A DNA stretch of 64,000 nt from Octopus sinensis. Its lineage: Eukaryota. Shown here in pieces: positions 24,671 through 37,959 of this stretch. Where the stretch lies: NCBI RefSeq assembly GCF_006345805.1, contig NC_043017.1:4278001-4342000 (forward strand). The letters run 5' to 3'. Each line of letters starts with the position of its first letter. Within the stretch, counting starts at the first letter, position 1. The notes beneath the pieces were generated by a model. The model worked only from the letters and a program-made list of their open reading frames with translations. It was not told the DNA's origin and did no database searches. A program made the position numbers and the translations under genes.

Positions 24671-25738
24671 TATATAGAAGCTCTGAAGAATAGAAGCCCC
24701 TTTAGCAGTACATAAGATCAGAGACAGGGGACAGTTTGGCATGTGGCTTAGAGTTTGGGGTTGAGTGACTCCATGCTTATCGCTCTTACTGATTACTGTT
24801 CTGTAGTTAGAAACAATATGGTGCTGGTAGATGGCACCTGCTCAAGGTGCCATGTAGTAGGACTGAACCTGAAACCATGCCGTTGGGAAGCAAACTTTTT
24901 AACTACACAGACATGCTTACACACACACACACACACACACACACCACACACACACATGCACAGACAGATCGACAGAGTGTGCTTTAGTAAGAAACAATTT
25001 CCGTGCATAAATTAACAGTGAATCTGTCGATACAGAATGAGCTAGATGTTTCTCAAGTACTGTGTTGAATTGTTAGAGCTTGGGACCTCATGACTCAGCC
25101 TGTCTGCAGAGACAGACAGACAGAGGTGTAAATAGGCTGAGTATTTAAGAAATTTGCTTTGCAATCATGGTACCCCAAGTTTGGTGTCACAGCATATCAC
25201 CAGGGGCAACCATGAAAGTTCTTTTTTTTTTATGGACTGCATTGTAATTCAAAGGACCAGCTTTTTCATACACGCATGTTGTTCTGCTTGTGAATTGTAT
25301 TTAGGGTACATGTATGTGTCTATGGAATACACAGCTATTATAAACTAATACAATGAATAAATGACAGTGTGTCCTTTAGAAATCATATAAATAATTCACT
25401 ATTGTTTACATTAAATATTTTCAATACATTTCAGTGTGTATATTTGTATGTTTTTTAGTCAATATATTTAGTTGCCAGCAGAGCTGTTGTTTAGTGCTGC
25501 AAATTCTCATTTATTTTTGTTGATTTATAGTTTGCATTCCGTGAATTAACTTGGTTGACAACTCTCACTTGTAAGGTCACTTGCTAACAGAAATTCAATA
25601 CTTGTGAACCGCTGTCCTCTGCAAATTCTCATTCCATGAAAGTGGAATCAAGCCCCAAAACTCTTGATTGCAAAACAAATTTCTTTATCATCCTTCAGCC
25701 ATACTCTGTGCCCATGTAATACAATATTACATAGCTTA

Positions 25739-26679
25739 GGCGTAGGAGTGGCTGTGTGGTAAGTAGCTTGCTTACCAACCACATGGTTCTGGGTTCAGTC
25801 CTACTGCGTGGCACCTTGGGCAAGTGTCTTCTACTATAGCCTCAGGCTGACCAAAGCCTTGTGAGTGGATTTGGTAGATGGAAACTGAAAGAAGCCCATC
25901 GGATCATCATCATCATCATCATTTAACGTCTGCTTTCTATGCTAGCATGGGTTGGACGATTTTACTGAGGTCTGGCAAACCAGACTCCAATCTGATCTGG
26001 CAGAGTTTCTGCAGCTGAATGCCCTTCTTAACGCCAACCACTCCGATATATATATATACTAGCAGCATAGCCCGGCATTGCCCGGGTATGTAAGAGCCCC
26101 TAGTAGGCAACGACTAATCCCAATCTAGTTCTTTCCCTCTAGGGAACGAAGGCACATGTGTAGGTTGCAATGTCTACTCTTCACTCGAATACTTCTATGT
26201 ATACGATGTTCCTAGCTGTCTCCCGACAGAAAATGTGTTGCATATAAAAAGCTTAGATTCTCGACCCCATGTCGAATTTATCAATTTTTTTCAGAACTGG
26301 GGGAGCTTTTCAAAATTTTCGCTGCGTTAGTTTTGAATTATGACATTGGGCTATGTGTGTGTCAAGTTTCATCAGAATCGGTTGAAAGCCGTGGTCAGGG
26401 TGAGGGTACAACCTGACAGACACACAGACAGACAAAATGCCGTTTATATATAGAGATATATATGTGTGTGTGTGTGTGTGTGTTTGTCCCCCCAACATCG
26501 CTTGACAACCGATGCTGGTGTGTTACGTCCCCGTAACTTAGCGGTTCAGCAAAAGAGATCGATAGAATAAGTACTAGGCTTACAAAGAATAAATCCTGGG
26601 GTCGATTTGCTCGACTAAAGGCGGTGCTCCAGCATGGCCACAGTCAAATGACTGAAGCAAGTAAAGAGAGTAAAGAGAG
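25739..26679 (+). mobile_element. SINE family A interrupted at its hinge by a family B copy and a Helitron
   Basis: Head 25739-25900, B copy 25904-26045 (minus), Helitron 26059-26456, A tail 26460-26679. Confidence 0.85.
26059..26456 (-). mobile_element. Non-autonomous Helitron
   Basis: Minus strand A|TCTCTATATATAAACGG... CCCGGGC-AAT-GCCGGG hairpin ...CTAG|T: canonical TC/CTAG ends, subterminal hairpin, AT target, no TSD. Confidence 0.85.
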
Positions 26680-27092
26680 CTTCTAGACAAAAGTTCATTC
26701 ACCAACATGGTATATAACTCATGACACATTGTTTCATTATGTTCTCTCTCTCGGTCCTTCCATTATGACCATCACTACCCACCACTATTCTTGCTACTTT
26801 CAGCCAATATTGAAGTCTTTATAGAGTCACTTGACCTGCTAGAAATAACCAAAATAGGAAAAATTTGTTTTCCCATGCTGGCATGGGTCAGATGCATCAT
26901 TACAGCGGATGCTAGTTGTTACTTGGAATTACTGCACAGGCATGCTTTACAATCATGTAGTTTCGGGTTCAGTCCTACTACACAGCATCTTGGGCAAGTG
27001 ACTTCTGTTGTAGCCCTGTGCCAACTGATATGTTGTGAATGAATTTAGTTGATGAAAACTGTGTGGAAGCCCATCATTCACACACACACACA

Positions 27093-27130
<38 letters not shown>

Positions 27131-28364
27131 ACTCACTTCCACATAGTTTTTATCAGGTAAATTCATTAACAACATATTAGTTGGCCCAGGGCTATAGCAG
27201 AAGTCACTTGCCCAAGATGCCGTGTTGTAGGACTGAAACTGTGTGTATGCATGCGTGCAGTTGTGGTTTTTGTTGTCCCCCCCCCTACCATCGCTTGAAA
27301 ACCGGTGTTGGTTTGTTCATGTTACCATTACTCAGCGGTTTGGTAAAAGAGACAAATAGAATAAGTACCAGACTTCAAAATAACTACTAGGGTTGGTTTG
27401 TTTGACCAAACCTTTCAAGGAAGTGCTCCAGCATGGCTGCAGTTGAATGACTGAAGGAAGTAAAAACAAAAAAGATTTTAGAATCATTAGAGGCCATGTC
27501 TTGGATGTTCTGGTTTCTAGGGCTGGATTCCCATTACCATCCAGTTTATAGAGTGTACCAAGTACATTTTCTTTGTGGCACCAGCACTGGAAAGGTTGTC
27601 ATGCCTCTGGCATGACTAAAGGATTCTCTTTGTGTTGTTTCTGTTTGTTCACTGGCGTCAGAAGGGTTATCTTGTCTCTGACAAGACTTAAGGAGAGTCT
27701 CCTATGTGTTGTTTCCATTTGTGAGAGGGAGGGAGAGATGGAAGAGGTTCCTCGGAGGAAGGAGAGGTGGGTGGGTGGGGGGATAGGATGACAGGAATGG
27801 AAGGAAAGGAAGAAGAAATAGTAATGGAGGAGAGTGGTGGGATAATGCCTGGGTGAAAGAAAGAGGAAGGGAGAGAAGAAGATTAAAAGGGTATGAGATA
27901 ACGATAGAAGGAAGACAGGGTGATGGAAGAGGGAGAAAGAGAGTAAAAGAAAAGGGAAAGAATTTTTAAAGGGAACAAAAGATTTAGTGGTAAAAAACAA
28001 CTAGTTGATTGGTGACCGAGAGACTTGGTATGAGTGTAAATTGGCAAGTTACTAATTGAAATGTGGGTGTTAAGCATCCCAAACTTATTATTTGGTATTA
28101 TTATTTTTTATGTTTGTTTTTCGTGTGGGTTGGATAGGTTTTCCCCATTCCAGTACGACATTTTGCCTCTTGTGTTCATCTTTTGTCATCATCTTGATGA
28201 GGTCCAGCTTCTTGAGATCTGTCTTCATCAGTCTTCTTACTGCATTTTAGTTACCGTCTTCCACAGATTCTTTCTTCCAGTTATGTATATATGCTTACAC
28301 TCACACACACACATTTGTACATACCTAAATATAAAATTTCAGTATATATATATATGTATATATA

Positions 28365-28667
28365 TCATCATCATCATCGTTTAACTTCCGCTTTCCATGC
28401 TAGCATGGGTTGGGCGGTTCAACCGGGGTCTGGGAAGCCAGGAGGCTGCACCAGGCTCCAGTCAGATCTGGCAGTGTTTCTACAGCTGGATGCCCTTCAT
28501 AACGCCAACCACTCCGTGAGTGTAGTGGGTGCTTTTTATGTGCCACCGACACAGGTGCCAGACGAGGCTGGCGAACGTCCACGCTTGGATGGTGCTTTTT
28601 ACGTGCCACCGGCACGGAGGCCAGGCGAGGCTGGCACGGCCATGATTGGAGGCATGGCCACGATCAG
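28365..28667 (-). mobile_element. Family B repeat
   Basis: (CAT)n CGTTTAACTTCCGCTTTCCATGCTAGC... with two GGTGCTTTTTA(C/T)GTGCCACC subunits. Confidence 0.9.
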
Positions 28668-29182
28668 ATATATATATATATATATATACATATATACATA
28701 TATAATCTCAAAATACAAAAACTAATTATAGTAAATTGCAATTTATTCTTACTTGAGTTCATAATATTTATAGGATAATAGTGAATTAAAGAAGAAACAT
28801 AAATTAAATATATTATGGTGAGAAAAGCTAAAAAAGTTGTGCAGTTAACAATTTTCAAATTATTTTTATTAGAAATGGACAATCAAGTGATGTTTTATTC
28901 TTATGGATTAAGAAAGAATTTTTGATCCTCTATCTAGATACATTTTAGGTTCTCATTAAAACACATCTATCATAATAATTATTATTTCTGACTTGTTATG
29001 TTACTGTATTTGAGTCAGTTCGACAAACTAGATTACTTCCAGTTAATTAGACCCCATTGTTATCAAAACAATTTAGGCTTGCACTTACATAGAATTCTTT
29101 AAACTGACTGAAATTCCAAGAATTCCTTTTATATTTTATTGTTGCATTCAGACAATGTTTTCATTTGACTCAGGCTAAAGGT

Positions 29183-29226
<44 letters not shown>

Positions 29227-29362
29227 GCATTTAAATCTATAAAAAGGAGAAAGTACTTAAAATGTAGTTAAAGTTTGTTTATTTGAAGTTCAGGTTCTCC
29301 CTCATTGTTGTTTTGAGTTTTGCATTTTCATTTTTCATTTTTCATAACAATTCACTTCAACT

Positions 29363-29771
29363 GCGCAGGAGTGGCTGTGTGGTAAGTAGCTTGCTAACCA
29401 GCCACATGGTTCTGGGTTCAGTCCCACTGCGTGGCACCTTGGGCAAGTGTCTTCTGCTATAGCCCCGGGCCGACCAATGCCTTGTGAGTGGATTTGGTAG
29501 ACAGAAACTGAAAGAAGCCTGTCGTATATATGTATATATATGTATGTGTGTGTATATGTTTGTGTGTCTGTGTTTGTCCCTCTAGCATTGCTTGACAACC
29601 GATGCTGGTGTGTTTACGTCCCCGTTACTTAGCGGTTCGGCAAAAAGAGACTGATAGAATAAGTACTGGGCTTACAAAAAGAATAAGTCCCGGGGTCGAG
29701 TTGCTCGACTAAAGGCAGTGCTCCAGCATGGCCGCAGTCAACTGACTGAAACAAGTAAAAGAGTAAAGAGT
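29363..29771 (+). mobile_element. SINE family A, full length
   Basis: Complete head-hinge-tail, closely similar to 553-963. Confidence 0.92.
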
Positions 29772-30661
29772 ATATATACTGTTCATTTGTGTATTTAGTA
29801 CATGTTCGTATGTTTAATTACTACATGTTTTTTTGTTTCACACACACACACGTGTGTGTATGAAGACAATTTTGTCTTTCATTTTTTTGGTGGGGGCTGG
29901 TAATTAAAATACTCTGTCCAGGACAGAATTGTGTGTGTATTTGTGTGTATGGGGGGTCTTCTGCAAATACTTGACAACTTCACTGATGCTGGTACCATGT
30001 GAAAAAAAAACAAACACCCAATACCCTATGTAAAGTGGTTGAAATGGTTGGCATTAGGGAGAGCATCCAGTTGTAGGAACCATACCAAAGCAGATAATGG
30101 AGCTTAGCAAGCCCTCTGGCACACTGGTTCCTGTTGAATGATCCACCCGATGTCAGCATGGAAAAGGGATGTTGATGATGATATTAAACAGTTTCATCAT
30201 CAAGTGAACTTGGTCCCTCCATTTCCCATTTTCTGACCAGAAACAGGTCATCTGAATACTCTGTCCAAAGAGTCCTCATAACTAGTGCTTCTTTTCTCAT
30301 AATTGGTCATTTAATTCATCTGAAAGAAAGAACACTTTTCCAGCACCTTACTCTCTTTCCTGTGACCGATTTGGCAAGGGTTGGTCTGCTGAGTGGAGTG
30401 GCATTTGTGATCTGTTATGGTTCTCTTGTTGACTTAAGTTATTTCTTGCAGATCGACTGAGTTGAGGTGTCCTTGTTGTCTGTTATTTCTAGCAGCTTGA
30501 AAGAGTGTGTAGAGTCTTCTTTATTGGTCAGGATTATTTCAAGCAACTTAGATAACCATGGTGAAGCTTTTGCTATTGTTTCGTATTAGTTCTTACATAC
30601 TGATTGACTAAATACAGACTGTCTTTGTTTGATCACTTTGCAATGAAATGCAGAGTGTAGT

Positions 30662-31420
30662 GAAGGCATATGGCTTTGTGATTGTAGCATTTGGACTGAT
30701 AACCTCACTGTTGTAAGGTTATCAGTCCGATTCCTGGTTCCACGTTGTGTCCTTGAGCAAGATACTTTATTTCATGGTGCTCAAGTCACTCAGGTGGGAA
30801 AAAGGAATTGTACCCGTAATTCAAAGTGCTAGCTTTGTCATATTCTGTGTCACATGAATCTCCCTAAAAACTTCGTTGATGGTATGTGTGTCTGTGGGGC
30901 CTCGTTAATGGTATGTGAAGGCGGCGAGCTGGCAGAATCGTTAGCACACCGGGCGAAATGCGTAGCCGTATTTCGTCTGCCGTTACGTTCTGAGTTCAAA
31001 TTCCGCTGGGGTTGATAAATTAAGGACCAGTTACGCACTGGGGTCGATGTAATCGACTTAATCCGTTTGTCTGTCCTTGTTTGTCCCCTCTGTGTTTGGC
31101 TCCTTGTGGGTAGTAAAGAAATAGGCATTTTGTCTGCCGTTACGTTCTGAGTTCAAATTCCGCCGAGGTCGACTTTGCCTTTCATCCTTTCAGGTTCGAT
31201 TAAATAAGTACCAGTTATGCACTGGGGTCGATATAATTGACCTAATCCGTTTGTCTGTCCTTGTTTGTCCCCTCTGTGTTTAGCCCCTTGTGGGTAGTAA
31301 AGAAACTGGTATGTGTGTCTGTGGCATGCTCAGCACTTGCATGTTAATCTCACATGTAGGCTGTTTCGTTGATTGGATCAACTGGAACCCTTGTCGTTGT
31401 AACCAACGGAATGCCAGTTT
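30662..31420 (+). mobile_element. SINE family D-like host element interrupted by SINE C
   Basis: GAAGGCATATGGCT head, GTTGTGTCCTTGAGCAAGATACTTTATTTCA; the tail resumes after 31306 (GCACTTGCATGTTAATCTCAC...CTGGAACCCTTGTCGTTGTAACC, also seen at about 47780-47860). Confidence 0.65.
30918..31306 (+). mobile_element. tRNA-derived SINE family C with internal tandem duplication and 9-bp TSD
   Basis: AAGGCGGCGAGCTGGCAGAATCGTTAGC head, B-box GAGTTCAAATTCC, body duplicated; TGGTATGTG at 30909-30917 and 31307-31315. Confidence 0.88.
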
Positions 31421-32704
31421 TTTGAAAAGGCAGAGTGGTTCAGATATTCTTCCTATCTTTATTACCTCATTTTAAAAAGAAGTTTTGTTTCTAGTTTGTC
31501 TCTCTTCCTCCCCACCAAAAAAGAAGACAGCATTTATAGTCTGTTATGACTGGTAGACCATGAACTGTTTTGAGAAGAGAAAACTTGTAGTTTCTCTATC
31601 CTCGAGGGAGATGGTCTGAAGATAGCTTTTGTTATCAGTTTGAGACAGGTAGCAGTGGTCTGTTATCTGGAGTAGCATTTGTGATCTGATTAGGGTGATA
31701 GAATTTGTTTTACTGAGTGGAGTGATATTTGTAGTGTGTTTGGGGTGGTAGAATATGGTCTGCTTAATGAAGTGGCCTAAATCTAACCCTCTTGACCATT
31801 TCTGTTGATTTGGAAATCTTATCTGTGAATCATCTGTATTTGTTAACTTTCAGTCACTCTTTTGTTTATTGCTTTCTCCTGGTGACCAAGCTAAACTTGT
31901 AGTTGACAAAAGAATTTACAGAACCCAAAACAATAAATCAAAATGTCAAATAGGCAGAGTGTGGAAGTGTGACATGAATATATATATATAGATAAAAACA
32001 ATTAAGATTCAAGTGAGTTCCAATGAATTCACATGAATGCGGTACTTAACTTAGATGCACCATAAATCTATATGGTATTAACCATAAAATAATGTGGGGT
32101 GATTATAAACAAGAAAAAAGCAACAACTAATCCATTCTTGTTGCTTTTTTCTTGTGTATATATATATAGATAGATAATATACACATGCATGTGGGTGATA
32201 GTGTTTGCATTTCCTTGTTTTCATATTGTGTGATGGCTGTATACGAATGTGTTACTATTGTGCAAGTGGTGTCCTTAGTTTCCATGGAAACATGTTGAAC
32301 CATGGGGAAATATTACTTTGCTTGGAAACAGGTGACAGTTAGCGACAGGAAGGGCTTCAACTGTCAGATGTTCACCTCTTGGTGAATTTCGGCTGATCTA
32401 TGCAAGCATGGGAACATTGGTTTCTACCTCTCCCACAGAAGTATAGCTTTGTCTGATATGTCATAGTACTTGACAGCCCTGATAGCCATGAAGTAAAGTT
32501 TGTAACTATCATTGACAGTTTGTGTGTGTGTGTGATACATTTGCTGAGTGTCACCTGCAACTCACCTTTTCAGGATCTATAAAATAAAGTACCAGTTAAA
32601 CACTGGGGTTGATGTGATTGACTAGCCCCTGCTTCATGGATTTGCAGGCCTTTGAGTTTAAAGTAGAAAGGATTATTATCATTATTATTATTATTATTAT
32701 TATT

Positions 32705-34600
32705 CAGTAGTTTTATTTTTATTTTTATAGCGTGCTTTCACTTCACTACCGAGCGCAGCTCTGTGTGCCTTGGGTATGTGCTGTGATTTGTTGTGATGCT
32801 CTGATGGTTATTGTATGGAAAGTGCTCTGCGTAGGATGTGTGCAGTGCCTAGTAGTGCAATTTTCTGTATGTTATATGTGTTTGTAAGTCCTGGTTTTTT
32901 GTTATGTATTTGTCTGAATATTTTTTATCATGCCTAATGCACCTACTATGATAGGAATTGTTTCTGTTTTCAGATTCCACATTCTAGTTACCTCTATTTC
33001 CAGGTCTTTGTATTTTGAGAGTTTCTCCATTTCTTTTAGAGACACGTTGTCATCTGCCGGTACTGATACATCAATTAGAAACATTTTTTTTCTTCATGGT
33101 CTCTGACAACTATATCTGGTCTGTTGGCCTTAATTTCTCTATCTGTGTGTATCGGCATATCCCAGAGTATGGTTGCTTTCTCGTTTTCTGTGACCTTTTC
33201 TGGTGTGTGCCTATACCATCTTTTTTCTGTTGTTATTCCATAATGTTGGCATAGCTTCCAATGTATGTAAGTTCCAACTCTGTCATGTCTGTGAATATAT
33301 TCCTTCTTAGCCAGGACTGGGCAGCTAGAGATAATATGATTTATTGTTTCTTGTCCATCTCCACATATTCTGCAGTTACTTGTAATATTTCTTTTCATTA
33401 CATGTTTTTGGTAATTTCTGGTGGGGAGGCTTTGGTCTTGTGCTGCAATTAAAATCCCTCTGTTTCTGCTTTGAGTCCTGAGCTTCTCAACCATTGCTGG
33501 GATTTTTCTTTGTCTATTTCTTTTGCGTTTAGTTTAGTCCAGTATTTACCATGAAGGGGCTTTTCTTGCCATCGTTTTATCATGGTTCGTTGCTGTTCTA
33601 TTTTTAGTTTGGATTTCATTTTTTTATAGCTTTTGTTGTTTCTTCATCTTCTCTTCTTCTCTTCATGTTTATTAGGTGGTATGATTTCTTGTTTGTATTT
33701 GTCAGCTTCCTTAAATACTGAGAACAGTTTTTTGTTTTGCTCGTGTTTTGCCGCTATCATCATCATCATCATCGTCGTTTAACGTCCGTTCTCCATGCTA
33801 GCATGGGTGGACGGTTCGACGGGGTTCTGGGAAGCCAGAAGGCTGCACCAGGCTCCAGTCTAATTTGGATCAGCTATCTGGATCAGTTTTCCTTCCTTCT
33901 GAAGTAGATATTTTTGCAGTCCTATGGTGGTTATTTTATAGTAGTTTTCCAGCTGTATAAGGCCTCTACCACCTTCTATACGTTGTATATATAGTCTTTC
34001 TATGTCAGATTTTGGGTGGTGCATCCTAGATCCTGTCATTATTTTTCTTGTTTTTCTGTCTATTTTGGTCAGTTCATTTCGTGTCCAGTTAAGGATATTG
34101 TAGCTGTAACTTATAACTGGGACAGCTAAAGTGTTGATACCTATTATCTTGTTTTTAGCATTGAGCTCTGTGTTTAGTATTGATCTAACTCGTCTATAAT
34201 ATTCTTTTTTATTTTCTCTTTCATTTGTGTGTGTGTTGTGTCTTATCTAGTTCATGGATTTCTAAGTATTTGTAAGTTTGGCTTTGGTCTAATTCTTTTA
34301 TTTCATTGGTTTTATCTAGTGTGATGTTGCTACTCTTAACTAGTTTTCCTCATTTCATGGTTACTTTGGCGCATTTTTCTAATCCAAATTTCATATCTAT
34401 TTCTTTGGTAAATCCATGAACTGTCTTTAATAGTGTTTCCAGCTGTTTGTCATTTGCAGCGTATAGTTTTAGGTCATCCATATATAAAAGGTGGCTGATC
34501 GTTTTGCCGTAACATTTATATCCGCATCCAGTTCTATTTAGCATATCAGATAGAGGTGACAGTGCCAAGCAGAAAAGGAGTGGAGAGAGCGTATCTCCCT

Positions 34601-34601
<1 letters not shown>
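32705..34601 (-). mobile_element. 5'-truncated R4/Dong-like non-LTR retrotransposon (RT, CCHC, restriction-like endonuclease) in a (TAA)n tract
   Basis: QGDTLSPLLFCLAL, HLLYMDDLKLYA, CRICGDGQETINHIISSC, HRHDRV, KANRPDIVV and FLIDVSVP...EKLSKYKDL. (ATT)n on both flanks; a few frameshifts. Confidence 0.92.
33758..33862 (-). mobile_element. Family B copy inserted in the R4/Dong element
   Basis: B 3' end with (CAT)n; GCTATC repeated on both sides (probable TSD). Confidence 0.85.
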
Positions 34602-34637
<36 letters not shown>

Positions 34638-34736
34638 GCTGGTGTTTGAAGGAGTTTTGATTTGATGGAAGGATTTAAAATGGGAAGTTTTTATTGTAGA
34701 ACCAAGGGGGTAGGGTTGGTATAGAAAGGTCTAAGA

Positions 34737-34940
34737 TTAACGGTGTAAGTATTCCTTATCTGAACAGCGGTATGGTATGAATGGCACGTATTGTGCTATC
34801 ATATCAAACACACTTTCTTTGAATGGAAGAAAAGTGTTTGTAAGAATCCAGTCTTCGTTGTGGTTAACCAATATGTATTTTTCAAGTTTGGTTTCACTGC
34901 ATGGCCTCTTAAATTGACTAAAACCTTTTAAATGAAACAT
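34737..34940 (-). pseudogene. Possible Penelope GIY-YIG C-terminal remnant
   Basis: HLKGFSQFKRPCSETKLEKYIL resembles H..SF....T.LSKY(I/V)W of Penelope endonucleases; very decayed. Confidence 0.35.
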
Positions 34941-34968
34941 GGTTGAGAGAACTTGTACAGAAGCTTGT

Positions 34969-35003
<35 letters not shown>

Positions 35004-35961
35004 TTGCCCTTGTTCATGTTTACACCATGTAACAGCTAGTTCATTTTTGTCTTGTATAGTTTGCCTTGTGAATGAAATTGGTAAATGGAAACTGTGAAAG
35101 TATGACTTGTGTATCTATTCATATGTTGTTAATGTATATGTGATTGTATATATGCATATGTTTGTATTTTCACTTTGTTATCTTGTCTTTATGTGATACC
35201 GCTTGGCAATTGGTCTAAGTCTGTTTACATCCTTGTAACTGGATGGTTTGGCAAAATAGAAACTATACAGCAAGTACTTAACATAAAAAAATATATATAC
35301 TAGGGGTATTTTAATTCATTAAACTCTTCATAGTAGTGCCTCAGTGTGACCATCATTCAATTACTGAAATCCATGTATATATATATATATATATCCTTCA
35401 TCACGGACAAATGAATTTTGGAAGAAGGGCCTTGCAAGTCAACCACATAGATGGAAGAGCATTGTAGAAAATTAAGGAGAGTATATTTTAGATTAAAAAA
35501 GAACTTTGTTTATTTTAATTTTTGAAAATAAAAGAAGTATGAAAAACAATGCATTATTTATGGGATGACCCAATATATACATGCTGTATACACAGACATG
35601 CATGTATTAATTTATATGTGCATATATATGCACTCATATGTAAAAAGCACTATTGCATCTATGAACTTTTGTAATATTTTTCCTGTTATATAAATAGTGC
35701 AAAGTCTTTATGCAAGAAGTAGTATATTGATGGTTTTCTTGTTGTTTTGGATGAATGCACCCTTTTATATCTAGAAGACTGTTCTGATTTTTGACTCTAT
35801 GGGTATACTGTGACACGCATGTACGCGCGCGCCCTTGAAGACTAGATCTCTGTGATTGGATGTTCTTGACAATATGCATGTTGATGATAGGTAAAATATG
35901 GGCAGTGATGGGAATCCTGAATGCTGACTTGCCCGTGTGTTCATTTGTGTATATGTACACA

Positions 35962-36154
35962 GTGCAGGTGGCACGTAAAAAGCACCCACTACACTCATGG
36001 AGTGGTTGGCGTTAGGAAGGGCATCCAGCTGTAGAAACATTGCCAGATAAGACCGGAGCCTGGTGCAGCCATCTGGCTTCCCAGATCCCCGGTCGAACCG
36101 TCCAACCCATGCTAGCATGGAGAACGGACGTTAAACGATGATGATGATGATGAT
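35962..36154 (+). mobile_element. Family B repeat
   Basis: Ends GGACGTTAAACGATGATGATG. Confidence 0.9.
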
Positions 36155-36574
36155 GTACACATATATGAGTGTGTGTACAATTATATTTACCATACGCATG
36201 TACATTCATACCTGAAAAAGCTATCACAGTGGAAATTGTCTTGAGACAATGTGTGTGAGAGCAGAGTGCAGGGCTATAAGTGACATCATCAGACCAGAGG
36301 TTGCAGTCATATCTTTGTTGTTACACTTCATTAGCCATGGGACACTGCATCTGTCGTTCATAGCTCACTACGAAACAGCTGTTCTTATATTTAACCAGAA
36401 AATAGTACATTTGCTGATATCTCTAAAGCTTGGTCAGGCTGGAATTAGCTAAGGGTACATGCAGCAGTGATGATTCAAATATATGTGTGGACAATTATAC
36501 TTAACACGTTTGTGTACATTCAGATGTGGAAAGACCTTCACTGCGGAAACTGTCTTAGCAGAAAAATTCTCCTT

Positions 36575-36823
36575 GGTGGCATGTGTAAAAGGATTCGAGT
36601 GAGGTCATTGCCAGTACCGCCTGACTGGCCCCCGTGCTGGTGGCACGTAAAAAGCATCCACTACACTCTCTCAAAGTGGTTGGCGTTAGGAAGAGCATCC
36701 AGCTGTAGAAACTCTGCCAGATCAGATTGGAGTCTGGTGTAGCCATCTGGTTCGCCAGCTCTCAGTCAAAATCGTCCAACCCATGCTAGCATGGAAAGCG
36801 GACGTTAAACGATGATGATGATG
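36575..36823 (+). mobile_element. Family B repeat
   Basis: Ends GCATGGAAAGCGGACGTTAAACGATGATGATG. Confidence 0.9.
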
Positions 36824-37554
36824 TATATGCTTATTTGTGTGTCATCATCATAGATACATGCACATATGTATGTATGTGTGTGTGTGTGTCTGTATGTATA
36901 TATATATATATATGTGTGTGGTTGTCTCATATATTTTGGCACGCCTCCTAAAGCAGTTTCTGATATGTTTGTGACAATATAGTCTTTAAAACTAAAGAAG
37001 ATGTGGTATGTATGTGATTGCATGTATGTACGGTTGGTTGTGGGTTGGTATGCATAGGTGTATATTTGAGTGTTTATGGCTGTGGCTGTATGTGTGTGTA
37101 TAGTTGTCTGTCTGTCTGTATGTATGTATGAAGCATTAATTGTTGCTAGCAGTCAACCAAGTAGCTATTTAATACAATAAAACACTAAACACTGAAATTT
37201 AGTGTCTTTATTCAAGTATCTTTTGAGTGTTTTTTTCTAAATTTTATTTCTATCCCATATTCATGTAAACAGTAGCATTGTTTGTTGTTAGAGGTTTTCA
37301 AATAGCCAGCCTCTACTCGGAATTTCTAAGTGTAACAAGTGACTGTGCAGGCCGCCGAGTGGATTAGAGTATATTTTTAAATTTGAAGTCAGCTGTTTTA
37401 TTCGCTTTGTCAATGATGTGTACAGTTTTCACTCATTTATATAGATATATATATATATACATGATGAACACATCTTTTGCTTTCATCTTTTACTCATTAT
37501 AGTCATTAGGCTGCGGCCATGCTGGGGCATTGCCTTGAAGAACTTACTCTCTCT

Positions 37555-37959
37555 CTCTTTTACTCTGTTACTTGTTTCAGTCATTTGACTGTGGCCATGC
37601 TGGAGCACCGCCTTTAGTCGAGTAAATCGATCCCGGAACTTATTCTTTGTAAGCCCAGTACTTATTCTATCGGTCTCTTTTGCCGAACCGCTAAGTAACG
37701 GGGATGTAAACACACCAGCATCGGTTGTCAAGCAATGCTAGGGGGACGAACACAGACACACAAACACACACACGCATACATATATATACATATATACGAG
37801 AGGCTTCTTTCAGTTTCCGTCAACCAAATCCACTCACAAGGCATTGGTTGGCCCGGGGCTATAGCAGAAGACACTTGCCCAAGATGCCACGCAGTTAGAC
37901 TGAACCCTGAACCATGTGGTTGGTTAGCAAGCTACTTACCACACAGCCACTCCTGCGCC
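37555..37959 (-). mobile_element. SINE family A, full length
   Basis: Reverse complement of the head-hinge-tail; ends ...CACACAGCCACTCCTGCGCC. An older A copy follows at about 37985-38278. Confidence 0.92.
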
